A DNA stretch of 64,000 nucleotides, from NCBI GenBank assembly GCA_950097015.1, contig CATNEN010000007.1, positions 992,001 to 1,056,000 of the forward strand, read 5' to 3'. This DNA comes from Macrostomum hystrix (Eukaryota; Animalia; Platyhelminthes). The position numbers were made by a program, and so were the translations under genes. Of the stretch, positions 49,666 to 61,000 are shown one piece after another. The notes beneath the pieces are model-generated. The model was not told the DNA's origin. It worked only from the letters and a program-made list of their open reading frames with translations, and ran no database searches. Each line of letters begins with the position of its first letter. Within the stretch, counting starts at the first letter, position 1.

Positions 49666-50397
49666 AAGTCCGAAATTAAGAGTGGCATTTAGAGTGACAT
49701 CGCGAGTGACTTCGAGAGTGACAACAAGTCAGTGGGGAGAACACAGAAGGTGGAACGGGTTCCGAAGAAGTGCAAACACTCGGAGCAAGTGCGGCTGGAA
49801 AAAAATTAAGAAATCGAACACACGAATGCCATGGCAAGCGCGAGCACAGTTTGTTGAGCACAGCGGAGCGGAAGCTGCCTGAGGCCCAGCCAGGCGACAT
49901 AGAATTCCTTTTCAAACAGTTATTCGCCTCACAGAGCGAGTCAAGAAGCTACCGCCATCATTACTGTCTGGCTGCCAACTTTTAAATAAAAAATGATGCT
50001 TCAGCGCGGAGGCAAAACTGTGTTTTTTTCTTCAACTCACTTGTACCGCGTCCGGCTCGCAATAAAAGTGCATCAGTGATGGCGGCCATCTCGGCAGCCG
50101 ATCTCCCCCCACCAAGCTGCTCTAGAGTCGCATCCGCAGCTCCCGCTATTCTCTTATCTCGTTTTTTTAAACACGAACAAAAATTGCTCATTAAAATTTT
50201 GCGCCGGTCAGACTTGTGTGCCGCAATGGATTACGAAACCTCACTGTGTTGATTTTTTTATTAGTTCAACGATTTATAAGTGAATTTATTCATGTGTTGA
50301 CTGATTGATACGAGTATTTCGAGTGAGTGATCAGTTATTCAGTTCGATTCGATTGAAAACCGCGTAGTTAGGTTATAAAATCTTTTGCAGTTACCTA

Positions 50398-50460
50398 GGG
50401 GTTGTAGCCTAGTGTTTAGAGACGCACTACTTGAAGGTCGGGGGTTCGATTCCCGACACT
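50398..50460 (+). pseudogene. tRNA-like fragment / SINE head
   Basis: A-box-like TAGCCTAGTGTTTAG, intact T-arm gtcggg-GGTTCGATT-cccgac, anticodon arm missing. Confidence 0.5.
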
Positions 50461-50920
50461 TATCTCTGCATTGCTCCAGTTCAGCAAGCTAGTTTTCTCC
50501 TGAAGAAAGACCATGTGGTTTTTCTGCTGTTACTGTTACCAGCATCACCTGGGGTAATTACAGGTGGGTGTGGCGTCCATCCAGTCCATGGACTGAACAG
50601 ACGTACGCAGCCTTCAGATGCACCGCGCAACAGCTGCGGCTGTGCTGTCGGCTGCACATCTGCTTATTGATTACACTTCACAGTAAAAAAGCACAGTTTT
50701 TTTGTGGACAGATTTAGTCGATCAATAAATCGAGTGTTTATTTTATTGACAGCCTGAGAGGGATTCCAACAGCGATTCCAAAAAGTCTAGTAGGGGTTCC
50801 TGGCCTGGATGAAGCCTATCATATGAACTTTATCATACTTTAATATGAACTTTTTAACTATTCATTCTAGTGCAGAACTGTGAGTGTTTCGATTAATTAA
50901 TAACATGACAGCTTCGGTAC

Positions 50921-51001
50921 CTGTACATTGGGCCGCCGAAGCTCATTCTAGAATTGGAATGCCTCAGTCTGCCGTAGTGCCGCCCGCACAGCTTTTGCTC
51001 C

Positions 51002-51033
<32 letters not shown>

Positions 51034-51307
51034 AGAAAGCCTACGCGAAGATCGTCTCGTTTGTTGCTGTTGCTTTAGCTGCTGGCCAAGTTGCTCTCGT
51101 GAAAACTTTGTTCTGACGAATTCCGGTCGGGGGCAGTTACAAGGAGGCGCTGCTGCTGCTGCCGCCACTGCCGCCGCCGCCGCCGAAGCCGCTTGTCCTG
51201 GCGCAGGCTGCAGCTCATCATCTGAGGCCGGCGCCTCCTTGAACAGCAGCGACAGAGCCAAGTGCCAGTAGGTGCTGCAGGCCTCGAGCAGCCAGGGGCA
51301 CAGGCTC
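50921..51307 (-). CDS. putative internal exon of an uncharacterised minus-strand gene (SLCPWLLEACSTYWHLALSLLFKE...poly-A/poly-Q...RMSFGGPMY), phase 2-2
   Basis: GC-rich island, catttcaaaag acceptor, ag|gtaccg donor, 387 nt = 129 codons open. No family recognised. Confidence 0.45.
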
Positions 51308-51382
51308 CTTTTGAAATGGAGGGCCGTATTTTCAATGGCAAAATAAGCCACGAAGAGAAGAGAATAGAAAACTAATGACTTG

Positions 51383-51434
51383 GTTTGCCCCTCGCAACAA
51401 GGTCCTGAGCTCGATTCCGCGGCGAGGCCACATT
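51383..51434 (+). mobile_element. second copy of the tRNA-derived SINE-like core
   Basis: Matches the reverse complement of 35827-35879 with 2 mismatches and 1 gap. Confidence 0.6.
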
Positions 51435-51753
51435 CGTATGGGGCGCAGTGAGAGTGCACAGTGCCTGACGATGATAAATGCAGGTCGGACACAGCCAGCC
51501 CAGTCAAATCGGGTACCCGCAGCTATGGAGACTACTGGGCTCATGAGCACCTCTAGAGCGATACCTCAAAAATGTACTTTTAGATATGAAAATACTGGGA
51601 AACTTTTTCTCTTGATTCTTGCACAATGAGAAACTATTTTCTGCTCGACCTGGCTAATGAGCAGATAATTAGCCACAGCTCACTGTGTCCAAAAAGACAA
51701 GGCAACAAGAGAGAAAAATCCCCATTATATCCGGAAATTCCCATGTTACGAAT

Positions 51754-52765
51754 GGAATTCTCTGAATTCCCGAATTCTCTGAATTCCCGAATTCTCTGAA
51801 TTCCCGAATTCTCTGAATTCCCGAATTCTCTGAATTCCCGAATTCTCTGAATTCCCGAATTCTCTGAATTCCCGAATGCTCTGAATTCCCGAATGCTCTG
51901 AATTCCCGAATTCTCTGAATTCCCGAATTCTCTGAATTCCCGAATTCTCTGAATTCCCGAATTCTCTGAATTCCCGAATTCTCTGAATTCCCGAATTCTC
52001 TGAATTCCCGAATTCTCTGAATTCCCGAATTCTCTGAATTCCCGAATTCTCTGAATTCCCGAATTCTCTGAATTCCCGAATTCTCTGAATTCCCGAATTC
52101 TCTGAATTCCCGAATTCTCTGAATTCCCGAATTCTCTGAATTCCCGAATTCTCTGAATTCCCGAATTCTCTGAATTCCCGAATTCTCTGAATTCCCGAAT
52201 TCTCTGAATTCCCGAATTCTCTGAATTCCCGAATTCTCTGAATTCCCGAATTCTCTGAATTCCCGAATTCTCTGAATTCCCGAATTCTCTGAATTCCCGA
52301 ATTCTCTGAATTCCCGAATTCTCTGAATTCCCGAATTCTCTGAATTCCCGAATTCTCTGAATTCCCGAATTCTCTGAATTCCCGAATTCTCTGAATTCCC
52401 GAATTCTCTGAATTCCCGAATTCTCTGAATTCCCGAATTCTCTGAATTCCCGAATTCTCTGAATTCCCGAATTCTCTGAATTCCCGAATTCTCTGAATTC
52501 CCGAATTCTCTGAATTCCCGAATTCTCTGAATTCCCGAATTCTCTGAATTCCCGAATTCTCTGAATTCCCGAACGCTCTGAATTCCCGAATTCTCTGAAT
52601 TCCCGAATTCTCTGAATTCCCGCATTCTCTGAATTCCCGAACGCTCTGAATTCCCGAATTCTCTGAATTCCCGAATTCTCTGAATTCCCGAATTCTCTGA
52701 ATTCCCGCATTCTCTGAATTCCCGAACGCTCTGAATTCCCGAATTCTCTGAATTCCCGAATTCTC
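51754..52765. repeat. 17-bp minisatellite (gaattcccgaattctct)n, about 59 units
   Basis: Direct reading, very homogeneous. Confidence 0.98.
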
Positions 52766-53229
52766 TAAAAGTTCGCGAGTCAGTGAGACACTGAGAAAAA
52801 GTACTCAAAGTAGTAGTCAGTTTTGAGTGGACTCAAATTTTGATGGGGACAAACAAGTTGCAAGCAATTATCGCACACTGAGGGTTTTCTATCAGCATGG
52901 ATGGCTGAGCTGTAGATTGTAAATTTGATTTTCTTAAGTTGAGCACAGACTAGCTCACTCCAAACTCATCAAGTTTGTGGAGTTAGGCGCAATCTGGACT
53001 GGGTCCTGAGTAGCAGCTAGAGCAGTTGGCGGGTCTGAGTAGGTGTTAGCCTGCTTGAGCACTGGACTGACAGGTTGAATTCAATTATAGCTCGTAGTCT
53101 AACCTTAAGGCCCACCAATATTCGCCTACCGGCTCAGTCCTGCTGCGATTCCTACAGTGCTTCCAGCTAGCGGGCCCTGCTGCGATTCCGGCTTCGTTTT
53201 TCACAGCGATTCATCGCTTCTATGGTTCC

Positions 53230-53830
53230 TAAATCATTTTAGTTACTATCGCATATATTGCTGCGGTTCTGTTTTCTATTCCTGCTTCGATTCTAGCTAC
53301 GATTCCTACTGCAATTCAGATTTATATTCTTGCTACGTTTTTTTACTTCTCGCTGCGATTATAGCGACAATTCCTGCTGCGATTCTTGCTGCGATTCCTG
53401 CTGCGATTCTGTTTTATACTCCTACTACGATTCTAGCTATGATTCCTGATACGATTCCAGCTGAAAGGGATTCCAACATTCCTGCTGCAATTATCTTTTA
53501 TAATTCTTCTACGATTCTTGCTATGACACCTTCTGCGATTCTGGCTGCGATTCCTACGATATTTCGGATTTATATTCCTTCTACTTTTTTTTATATTCCT
53601 GTTGCGATTCTAGCTACAATTCCCACTGCAATTCTTGCTGCGATACCTGCTGCGATTCAGTTTTTTATCCCTGCTACGACTCTGGCTACAATACCTGCTG
53701 TAATACAGCTTCATATTCCTGCTACGATTCTAGGTTCGATTTCTGCTGCGATTCCGGCTACGATTCTGGCTACAACTCCTGCTTCGATTTCAGCTACGAT
53801 TTCAGCTGCGATTCCTACTGCAGTTCATCA
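53230..53830. repeat. old degenerate 12-bp repeat (attcctgctgcg / attctagctacg)
   Basis: Periodicity visible, also as IPAA/ILAT in ORF 53157-53885. Confidence 0.8.
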
Positions 53831-54919
53831 GTTCCCGTGCCGCAGATTCCTTTTAAGATTCCCGGTACTGCTCAGGCAGAGATGAGTACGTGTACTCACA
53901 TGACGGAAAAAAACTCGATCAGAAGATTTCGTTTCAGATAGCGCCGTGGGAGTTGATGCTGGCACAGAATAAGACAGATTGCCCGCTCAGATCCTCGGAT
54001 AACTGAGGATTCTAATCCTCAGACTGCTTGAGTCCTGTGTGGAAATGCTTCCTTCCGCAGCTTCTAGTCTGAATCTCCGAATCTGCCGCATAGGCCGGAT
54101 TTCTCGGCTGGCAATAAAAATTTGCGAACCGAGAGTAGAAACCGACTGAAACTGCCGGCCGAGTGATGCTTTCGAAGTAGGAGATGAAGCACTTTTGTGC
54201 AACTGGCTGGCTGACAAGGAGAAGAACATTTAAAGAACATGGCGCAATGGACTGTGATTGGCTCGCAATGATCCAGCATGTTCTGTCGGTTCTGCCTGCT
54301 ATTCTATTCGGTATCCGGGGCATTGTCAGATGTCAGACCAATGTGACAAATTATTGAGACTTCCTTGACTTCCAGAATTCTCTGAATTGCCGAATTTTTT
54401 AAGCATAAAATTAGTTGAATTTCGGACTTTGTGTTCATGTCACTAGTTCTGCAAAGCAATCACACTTGTACAGTTGTACTTCAGCCCGCGGAATCGAAAT
54501 ATAATTGAAAATCCATTCTGAAATTGTCCAAGCGAGAAATCATAATTCAGTAGGCTAAGGAAAATTCATTGGAATTCTGAGCATAATGATGGAGTCACTT
54601 GGGACGGCGGGTAGGTCCCACCTACTGCTGCTGCTGCTGCTAATTACCTCCTAGATGTCGCAGCTGCCTGTTGCATGTTTACAATGTCTTCAGTTGAGCT
54701 GTGGCTGTGCATTGCAACCACACAGTGCAACCACAAGTCTAACTACGAGCGTATATTTTCTCTTTTCCTTTCATCTTTCAAGCGCAGCAGATCTCAAATT
54801 ATTAATTAGGTTTCAAATTTCACATTTTCAAAGCAGATGAGCCCGTAATTGTGTTGCCGCAAAATTTAACAAGACCAAGATAACTTGCGAATTCATTTTC
54901 AGCGCGGAAGTAATCTTTC

Positions 54920-55375
54920 GGTTTATCAATGGTCCTACAAATACTGTCAGCAGGTTTTATCAGTGGTCCTACAAATACTGTCAGCAGGTTTTATCAATGG
55001 TCCAACAAATACTGTCAGAAGGTTTTATCAATGGTCCTACAGATACTGTCAGCAGGTTTTATCAATGGTCCCTCAAATACTGTCAGCAGGTTTTATCAAT
55101 GGTCCCTCAAATACTGTCAGCAGGTTTTATCAGTGGTCCCTCAAATACTGTCAGCAGGCTTTATCAGTGGTCCCTCAAATACTGTCAGCAGGTTTTATCA
55201 GTGGTCCCTCAAATACTGTCAGCAGGCTTTATCAGTGGTCCTACAAATACTGTCAGCAGGTTTTATCAGTGGTCCTACAAATACTGTCAGCAGGTTTTAT
55301 CAGTGGTCCTACAAATACTGTCAGCAGGCTTTATCAGCGGTCCCTCAAATACTGTCAGCAGGTTTTATCAGTGGT
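54920..55375. repeat. 34-bp minisatellite (aaatactgtcagcaggttttatcagtggtcctac)n
   Basis: Direct reading. Confidence 0.95.
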
Positions 55376-56584
55376 CGTTTAGACACCGTTCGAAGATTCT
55401 CTAAATTAGTCACTAAAAATGTCAGTAAATTCTTTAAATGGTAATTCAATTACTCTTAGCAGGAAACTTGAAATTTTCTATTTAATATAAATAATGAAAG
55501 CAATAAACTCAACGATATCACTAGAAGTTTAACGAACGGCAGTGTTCTCAAATGAGAAGTTGGGACTCAAGCTATCAAAAAACACGCCCACAAAGACCGA
55601 GTAGCGATACGACTGAAGAAAGCATTTTATTTCACAGTCGAATAAGAATATCAGGAAGAAAATTGGTAAGCAAGAAAATTATTGTGTTTGGGTAAAAGCA
55701 AAAACAAAGTACTAATAAATTTGACGTCTAAAGGTAAGTTCAGTACCTTCAATTTAAAATAACAATAGGAGACATCAATAATCAACAGTCACTAATCAAT
55801 GCGAAAAAAAGTACACAAAACAAATAGATTTTGTCATTGTTGGTTAACAAACTTATGCGCTGTAAATATACTACTGAATTCATTGGTCAAAAGTAGTGAT
55901 TTACATTTGTTACTTATAATTGTGATTGAAAAACAAATCTAATAAACTGAGAATAGAAGAAAATAAATAATTTGTTCAGACAAATGGTCACTATGATATA
56001 GTGGAGCAAAATGCTTTTTACAGTAATTATTACACTAGATTAAAGGAAACACAAATAGAATTTAAACTACCAGATTAATAGTGGAAGAACTAAATTATAT
56101 CATTTTTGGGAAGATCTTAATTGTTTGTTGTTTTTTCTTGTGTGACAAATGCATTGAAAAAAATCCTTCAAACCATCTGTAATAAACATAGCATTACAAA
56201 CTTAGTAATGTTACTTTAATATAATGAGTTATCTCCGATATTTATTAAATGTTCATTTTATAACAAAATGCAAATTAAACCGCAGAAACTGCGATCCAAA
56301 TAAAAAATTCGAAACCTGTTAGTAACTAAAAATCCCCTATCTCTAATGGTTTGTAAAGTCATTGAAATATCTGCAAGCTTTAGGTGGTCATTGTTCGATG
56401 ATACACAAAAAATCTTAAAGTGATAGTGGTGTGACACAAAAGCAGAGTGCAATTCGATTGAACAAGAGAACAATAGAGATGATTCAAAACAAGGCACACA
56501 ATAATTTCTATGGAAACTGAAATCTCAAAGACAAAATTCAGAACACCCAATTTGGCTGCACTTTGAGTAGCCAAAAACTTTTCT

Positions 56585-57665
56585 GTCTAACAGGTGGATC
56601 ATATATCTAACAGGTAGATCATATATCTAACAGGTAGATCATATATCTAACAGGTAGATCATATATCTAACAGGTGGATCATTGATCTAACGGGTGGATC
56701 ATTTATCTAACAGGCGGATCATTTATCTAACAGGTAGATCATATATCTAACAGGTGGATCATTTATCTAACAGGTGGATCATTTATCTAACAGGTGGATC
56801 ATTTATCTAACAGGTGGATCATATATCTAACAGGTAGATCATATATCTAACAGGTGGATCATTGATCTAACAGGTAGATCATATATCTAAGAGGTGGATC
56901 ATATATCTAACAGGTGGATCATTGATCTAACAGATAGATCATCATATATCTAACAGGTGGATCATTGATCTAACAGGTAGATCATATATCTAACAGGTGG
57001 ATCATTGATCTAACAGGTGGATCATTGATCTAACAGGTGGATCATTTATCTAACAGGTGGATCATTTATCTAACAGGTAGATCATTTATCTAACAGGAAG
57101 ATCATTCATCTAACAGGTGTATCATTGATCTAACAGGTGGATCATTTATCTAACAGGTAGATCATATATCTAACAGGTGGATCATATATCTAACAGGTAG
57201 ATCATATATCTAACAGGTAGATCATTTATCTAACGGGTAGATCATTTATCTAACAGGTGGATCATTTATCTAACGGGTAGATCATTTATCTAACAGGTGG
57301 ATCATTTATCTAACGGGTAGATCATTTATCCAACAGGTGGATCATTTATCTAACGGGTAGATCATTTATCTAACAGGTGGATCATTTATCTAACGGGTAG
57401 ATCATTTATCTAACAGGTGGATCATTTATCTAACGGGTAGATCATTTATCCAACAGGTGGATCATTTATCTAACAGGTGGATCATTTATCTAACAGGCAG
57501 ATCAGTTATCTAACAGGTGGATCATTTATCTAACAGGCAGATCATTTATCTAGCAGGTGGATCATTTATCTAGCAGGCAGATCATTTATCTAGCAGGTGG
57601 ATCATTTATCTAGCAGGCAGATCATTTATCTAGCAGGTGGATCATTTATCTAACATGCAGATCAT
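56585..57665. repeat. 20-bp minisatellite (atctaacaggtggatcattt)n
   Basis: Direct reading. Confidence 0.96.
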
Positions 57666-58042
57666 TGACCACCTAGGCGAGTACCTTGTAAAGCTAAAGT
57701 TGATAAATAGGCTACACAAATAAATCAAGCCAATAAAATCACAAAATTGTGAAAAAAAATCACCAGAAAACCGCGCATTACTTAATTAGAACAAATCGAA
57801 GCACACTTAATAAGAGATTTCGAATGAAACTTATTAGCTCTTGATCGTTGCTGTCATTAGAAAACTAAAAATAGTACCATCAACTAATGTGTAAAATCCA
57901 AATTTGTTCATAAGCGAATGAATACGCAAATTAAACTAAGAGTTTCTGCCAATCCGAATGAGACTGCAAAGTATGAAAACCTTTAACGAGCTCGTATGGA
58001 AGGCTGCAAATTCTGATGGCTAGAATTTACATACTACTCTAC

Positions 58043-61000
58043 TTATAAGTAGTAGGACACAACGTAGAGAGAGGAAAATCCGACGAATAGACAGAACACC
58101 TGTAGCAGGGACTCCCTGGAGATTTTATTAAGGAAGCTAGATCAATTCAATAAATAGGTAAGTAGATAAATGCACACCAACATACTCAAATAAGACACCT
58201 GAAGGAGAGGGCTAATAGCCGACTAAAACACCTGAATGAGAGGGATAATAGCCGACTCAAACACCTGAATGAGAGGGATAATAGCCGACTCAAACACCTG
58301 AAGGAGAGGGCTAATAGCCGACTAAAACACCTGAATGAGAGGGATAATAGCCGACTCAAACACCTGAAGGAGAGGGCTAATAGCCGACTAAAACTCCTGA
58401 AGGAAAGGGCTAATAGCCCACTAAAACACCTGAAGGAGAGGGCTAATAGCCGACTAAAACACCTGAATGAGAGGGATAATAGCCGACTCAAACACCTGAA
58501 GGAGAGGGCTAATAGCCGACTAAAACTCCTGAAGGAGAGGGCTAATAGCCGACTAAAACACCTGAATGAGAGGGATAATAGCCGACTCAAACACCTGAAG
58601 GAGAGGGCTAATAGCCGACTAAAACTCCTGAAGGAGAGGGCTAATAGCCGACTAAAACACCTGAAGGAGAGGGCTAATAGCCGACTAAAACACCTGAATG
58701 AGAGGGATAATAGCCGACTCAAACACCTGAAGGAGAGGGCTAATAGCCGACTAAAACTCCTGAAGGAGAGGGCTAATAGCCGACTAAAACACCTGAAGGA
58801 GAGGGCTAATAGCCGACTAAAACACCTGAAGGAGAGGGCTAATAGCCGACTAAAACACCTGAAGGAGAGGGCTAATAGCCGACTCAAACACCTGAAGGAG
58901 AGGGCTAATAGCCGACTAAAACTCCTGAAGGAGAGGGCTAATAGCCGACTAAAACACCTGAATGAGAGGGATAATAGCCGACTCAAACACCTGAAGGAGA
59001 GGGCTAATAGCCGACTAAAACTCCTGAAGGAGAGGGCTAATAGCCCACTAAAACACCTGAAGGAGAGGGCTAATAGCCGACTAAAACACCTGAATGAGAG
59101 GGATAATAGCCGACTCAAACACCTGAAGGAGAGGGCTAATAGCCGACTAAAACTCCTGAAGGAGAGGGCTAATAGCCGACTAAAACACCTGAATGAGAGG
59201 GATAATAGCCGACTCAAACACCTGAAGGAGAGGGCTAATAGCCGACTAAAACTCCTGAAGGAGAGGGCTAATAGCCGACTAAAACACCTGAAGGAGAGGG
59301 CTAATAGCCGACTAAAACACCTGAATGAGAGGGATAATAGCCGACTCAAACACCTGAAGGAGAGGGCTAATAGCCGACTAAAACTCCTGAAGGAGAGGGC
59401 TAATAGCCGACTAAAACACCTGAAGGAGAGGGCTAATAGCCGACTAAAACACCTGAAGGAGAGGGCTAATAGCCGACTAAAACACCTGAAGGAGAGGGCT
59501 AATAGCCGACTCAAACACCTGAAGGAGAGGGCTAATAGCCGACTAAAACACCTGAAGGGGAGGTTTAATAGCCGACTAAAACACCTGAAGGAGAGGGCTA
59601 ATAGCCGACTCAAACACCTGAAGGAGAGGGCTAATAGCCGACTCAAACACCTGAAGGGGAGGTTTAATAGCCGACTAAAACACCTGAAGGAGAGGGCTAA
59701 TAGCCGACTAAAACACCTGAAGGAGAGGGCTAATAGCCGACTAAAACACCTGAAGGAGAGTGCTAATAGCCGACTCAAACACCTGAAGGAGAGGGCTAAT
59801 AGCCGACTAAAACACCTGAAGGAGAGGGCTAATAGCCGACTAAAACACCTGAAGGAGAGGGCTAATAGCCGACTAAAACACCTGAAGGAGAGGGCTAATA
59901 GCCGACTAAAACATCTGAAGGAGAGGGCTAATAGCCGACTAAAACACCTGAAGGAGAGGGCTAATAGCCGACTAAAACACCTGAAGGAGAGGTGTTATGT
60001 GCCATTGAACCACCTGAAGGAGGGGCACCCTAAGCCAGTGGCAGGCAGTTCAGCTAACCTGACATCGCTCTCCTCCAGTATCGGCGGGGTTAGTGAGGCC
60101 AGCGCCAGGTAGAGAAAGCCGCCGGATGTGAATGGCAGGACCACGGACACGGAGGCTGACACAGAGCTGCTCTGGCCCATGCTGAATGCGAACAGGGCGC
60201 CGATGAGGCTGCCGGATGCCGTGAGAAGCTGCGGGTTCGCATGATGCTCAAATTATTAAGTAGTTCAGAGCTGGCAGCACTCCGAAACACCGACTTTAGG
60301 CATGTATACTAAGGGATCCTGACTTCATTCCTCTCAGATCATCTCGCGTTATCCTTAGATCCTCACTCATTTCCCTCAGATCCTCAATCATTTCCCTCAG
60401 ATCCTCAATCATTTCCCTCAGATCCTCAATCATTTCTCAAAGATCCTCACTCATCTCCTTAAGACCCTTATACTTATCTTCCCAGATTCTCACTCAATTC
60501 CCTCAGATCCTCACTTATTATCCCCAGATCCTCACTCATTATCCCCAGATCCTCACTCATTATCTCCAGATCCTCACTCATTATCTCCAGATCCTCACTC
60601 ATCATCTCCAGATCCTCACTCATTATCCACAGATCCTCACTAACTATCCCCAGATCCTCACTCATTATCCCCAGATCCTCACTCATTATCCCCAGATCCT
60701 CACATATTATACTTAGATCCTCACTCATTATCCCCAGATCCTCACTCATTATCCCCAGATCCTCACTCTTATCTCCAGATCCTCACTCTTATCTCCAGAT
60801 CCTCACTCATTATCCCCAGATCCTCACTTATTATCCCCAGATCCTCACTCATTATCCCCAGATCCTCACTCTTATCTCCAGATCCTCACTCATTATCCCC
60901 AGATCCTCACATATTATACTTAGATCCTCACTCATTATTTCCAGATCCTTACTCATTATCCCCAGATCCTCACTAACTATCCCCAGATCCTCACCCATTA

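Noticed and set aside
49770-49985. 71-aa ORF that could be a transposase fragment
   Set aside because: No DDE motif or TIRs, and the similarity cannot be supported
50398-50460. Functional tRNA gene
   Set aside because: The anticodon arm and acceptor stem cannot be formed; kept only as a pseudogene or SINE head
56258-56574. Candidate last exon of ZIP13
   Set aside because: A better TM8-encoding exon with matching phase was found at 58115-58043
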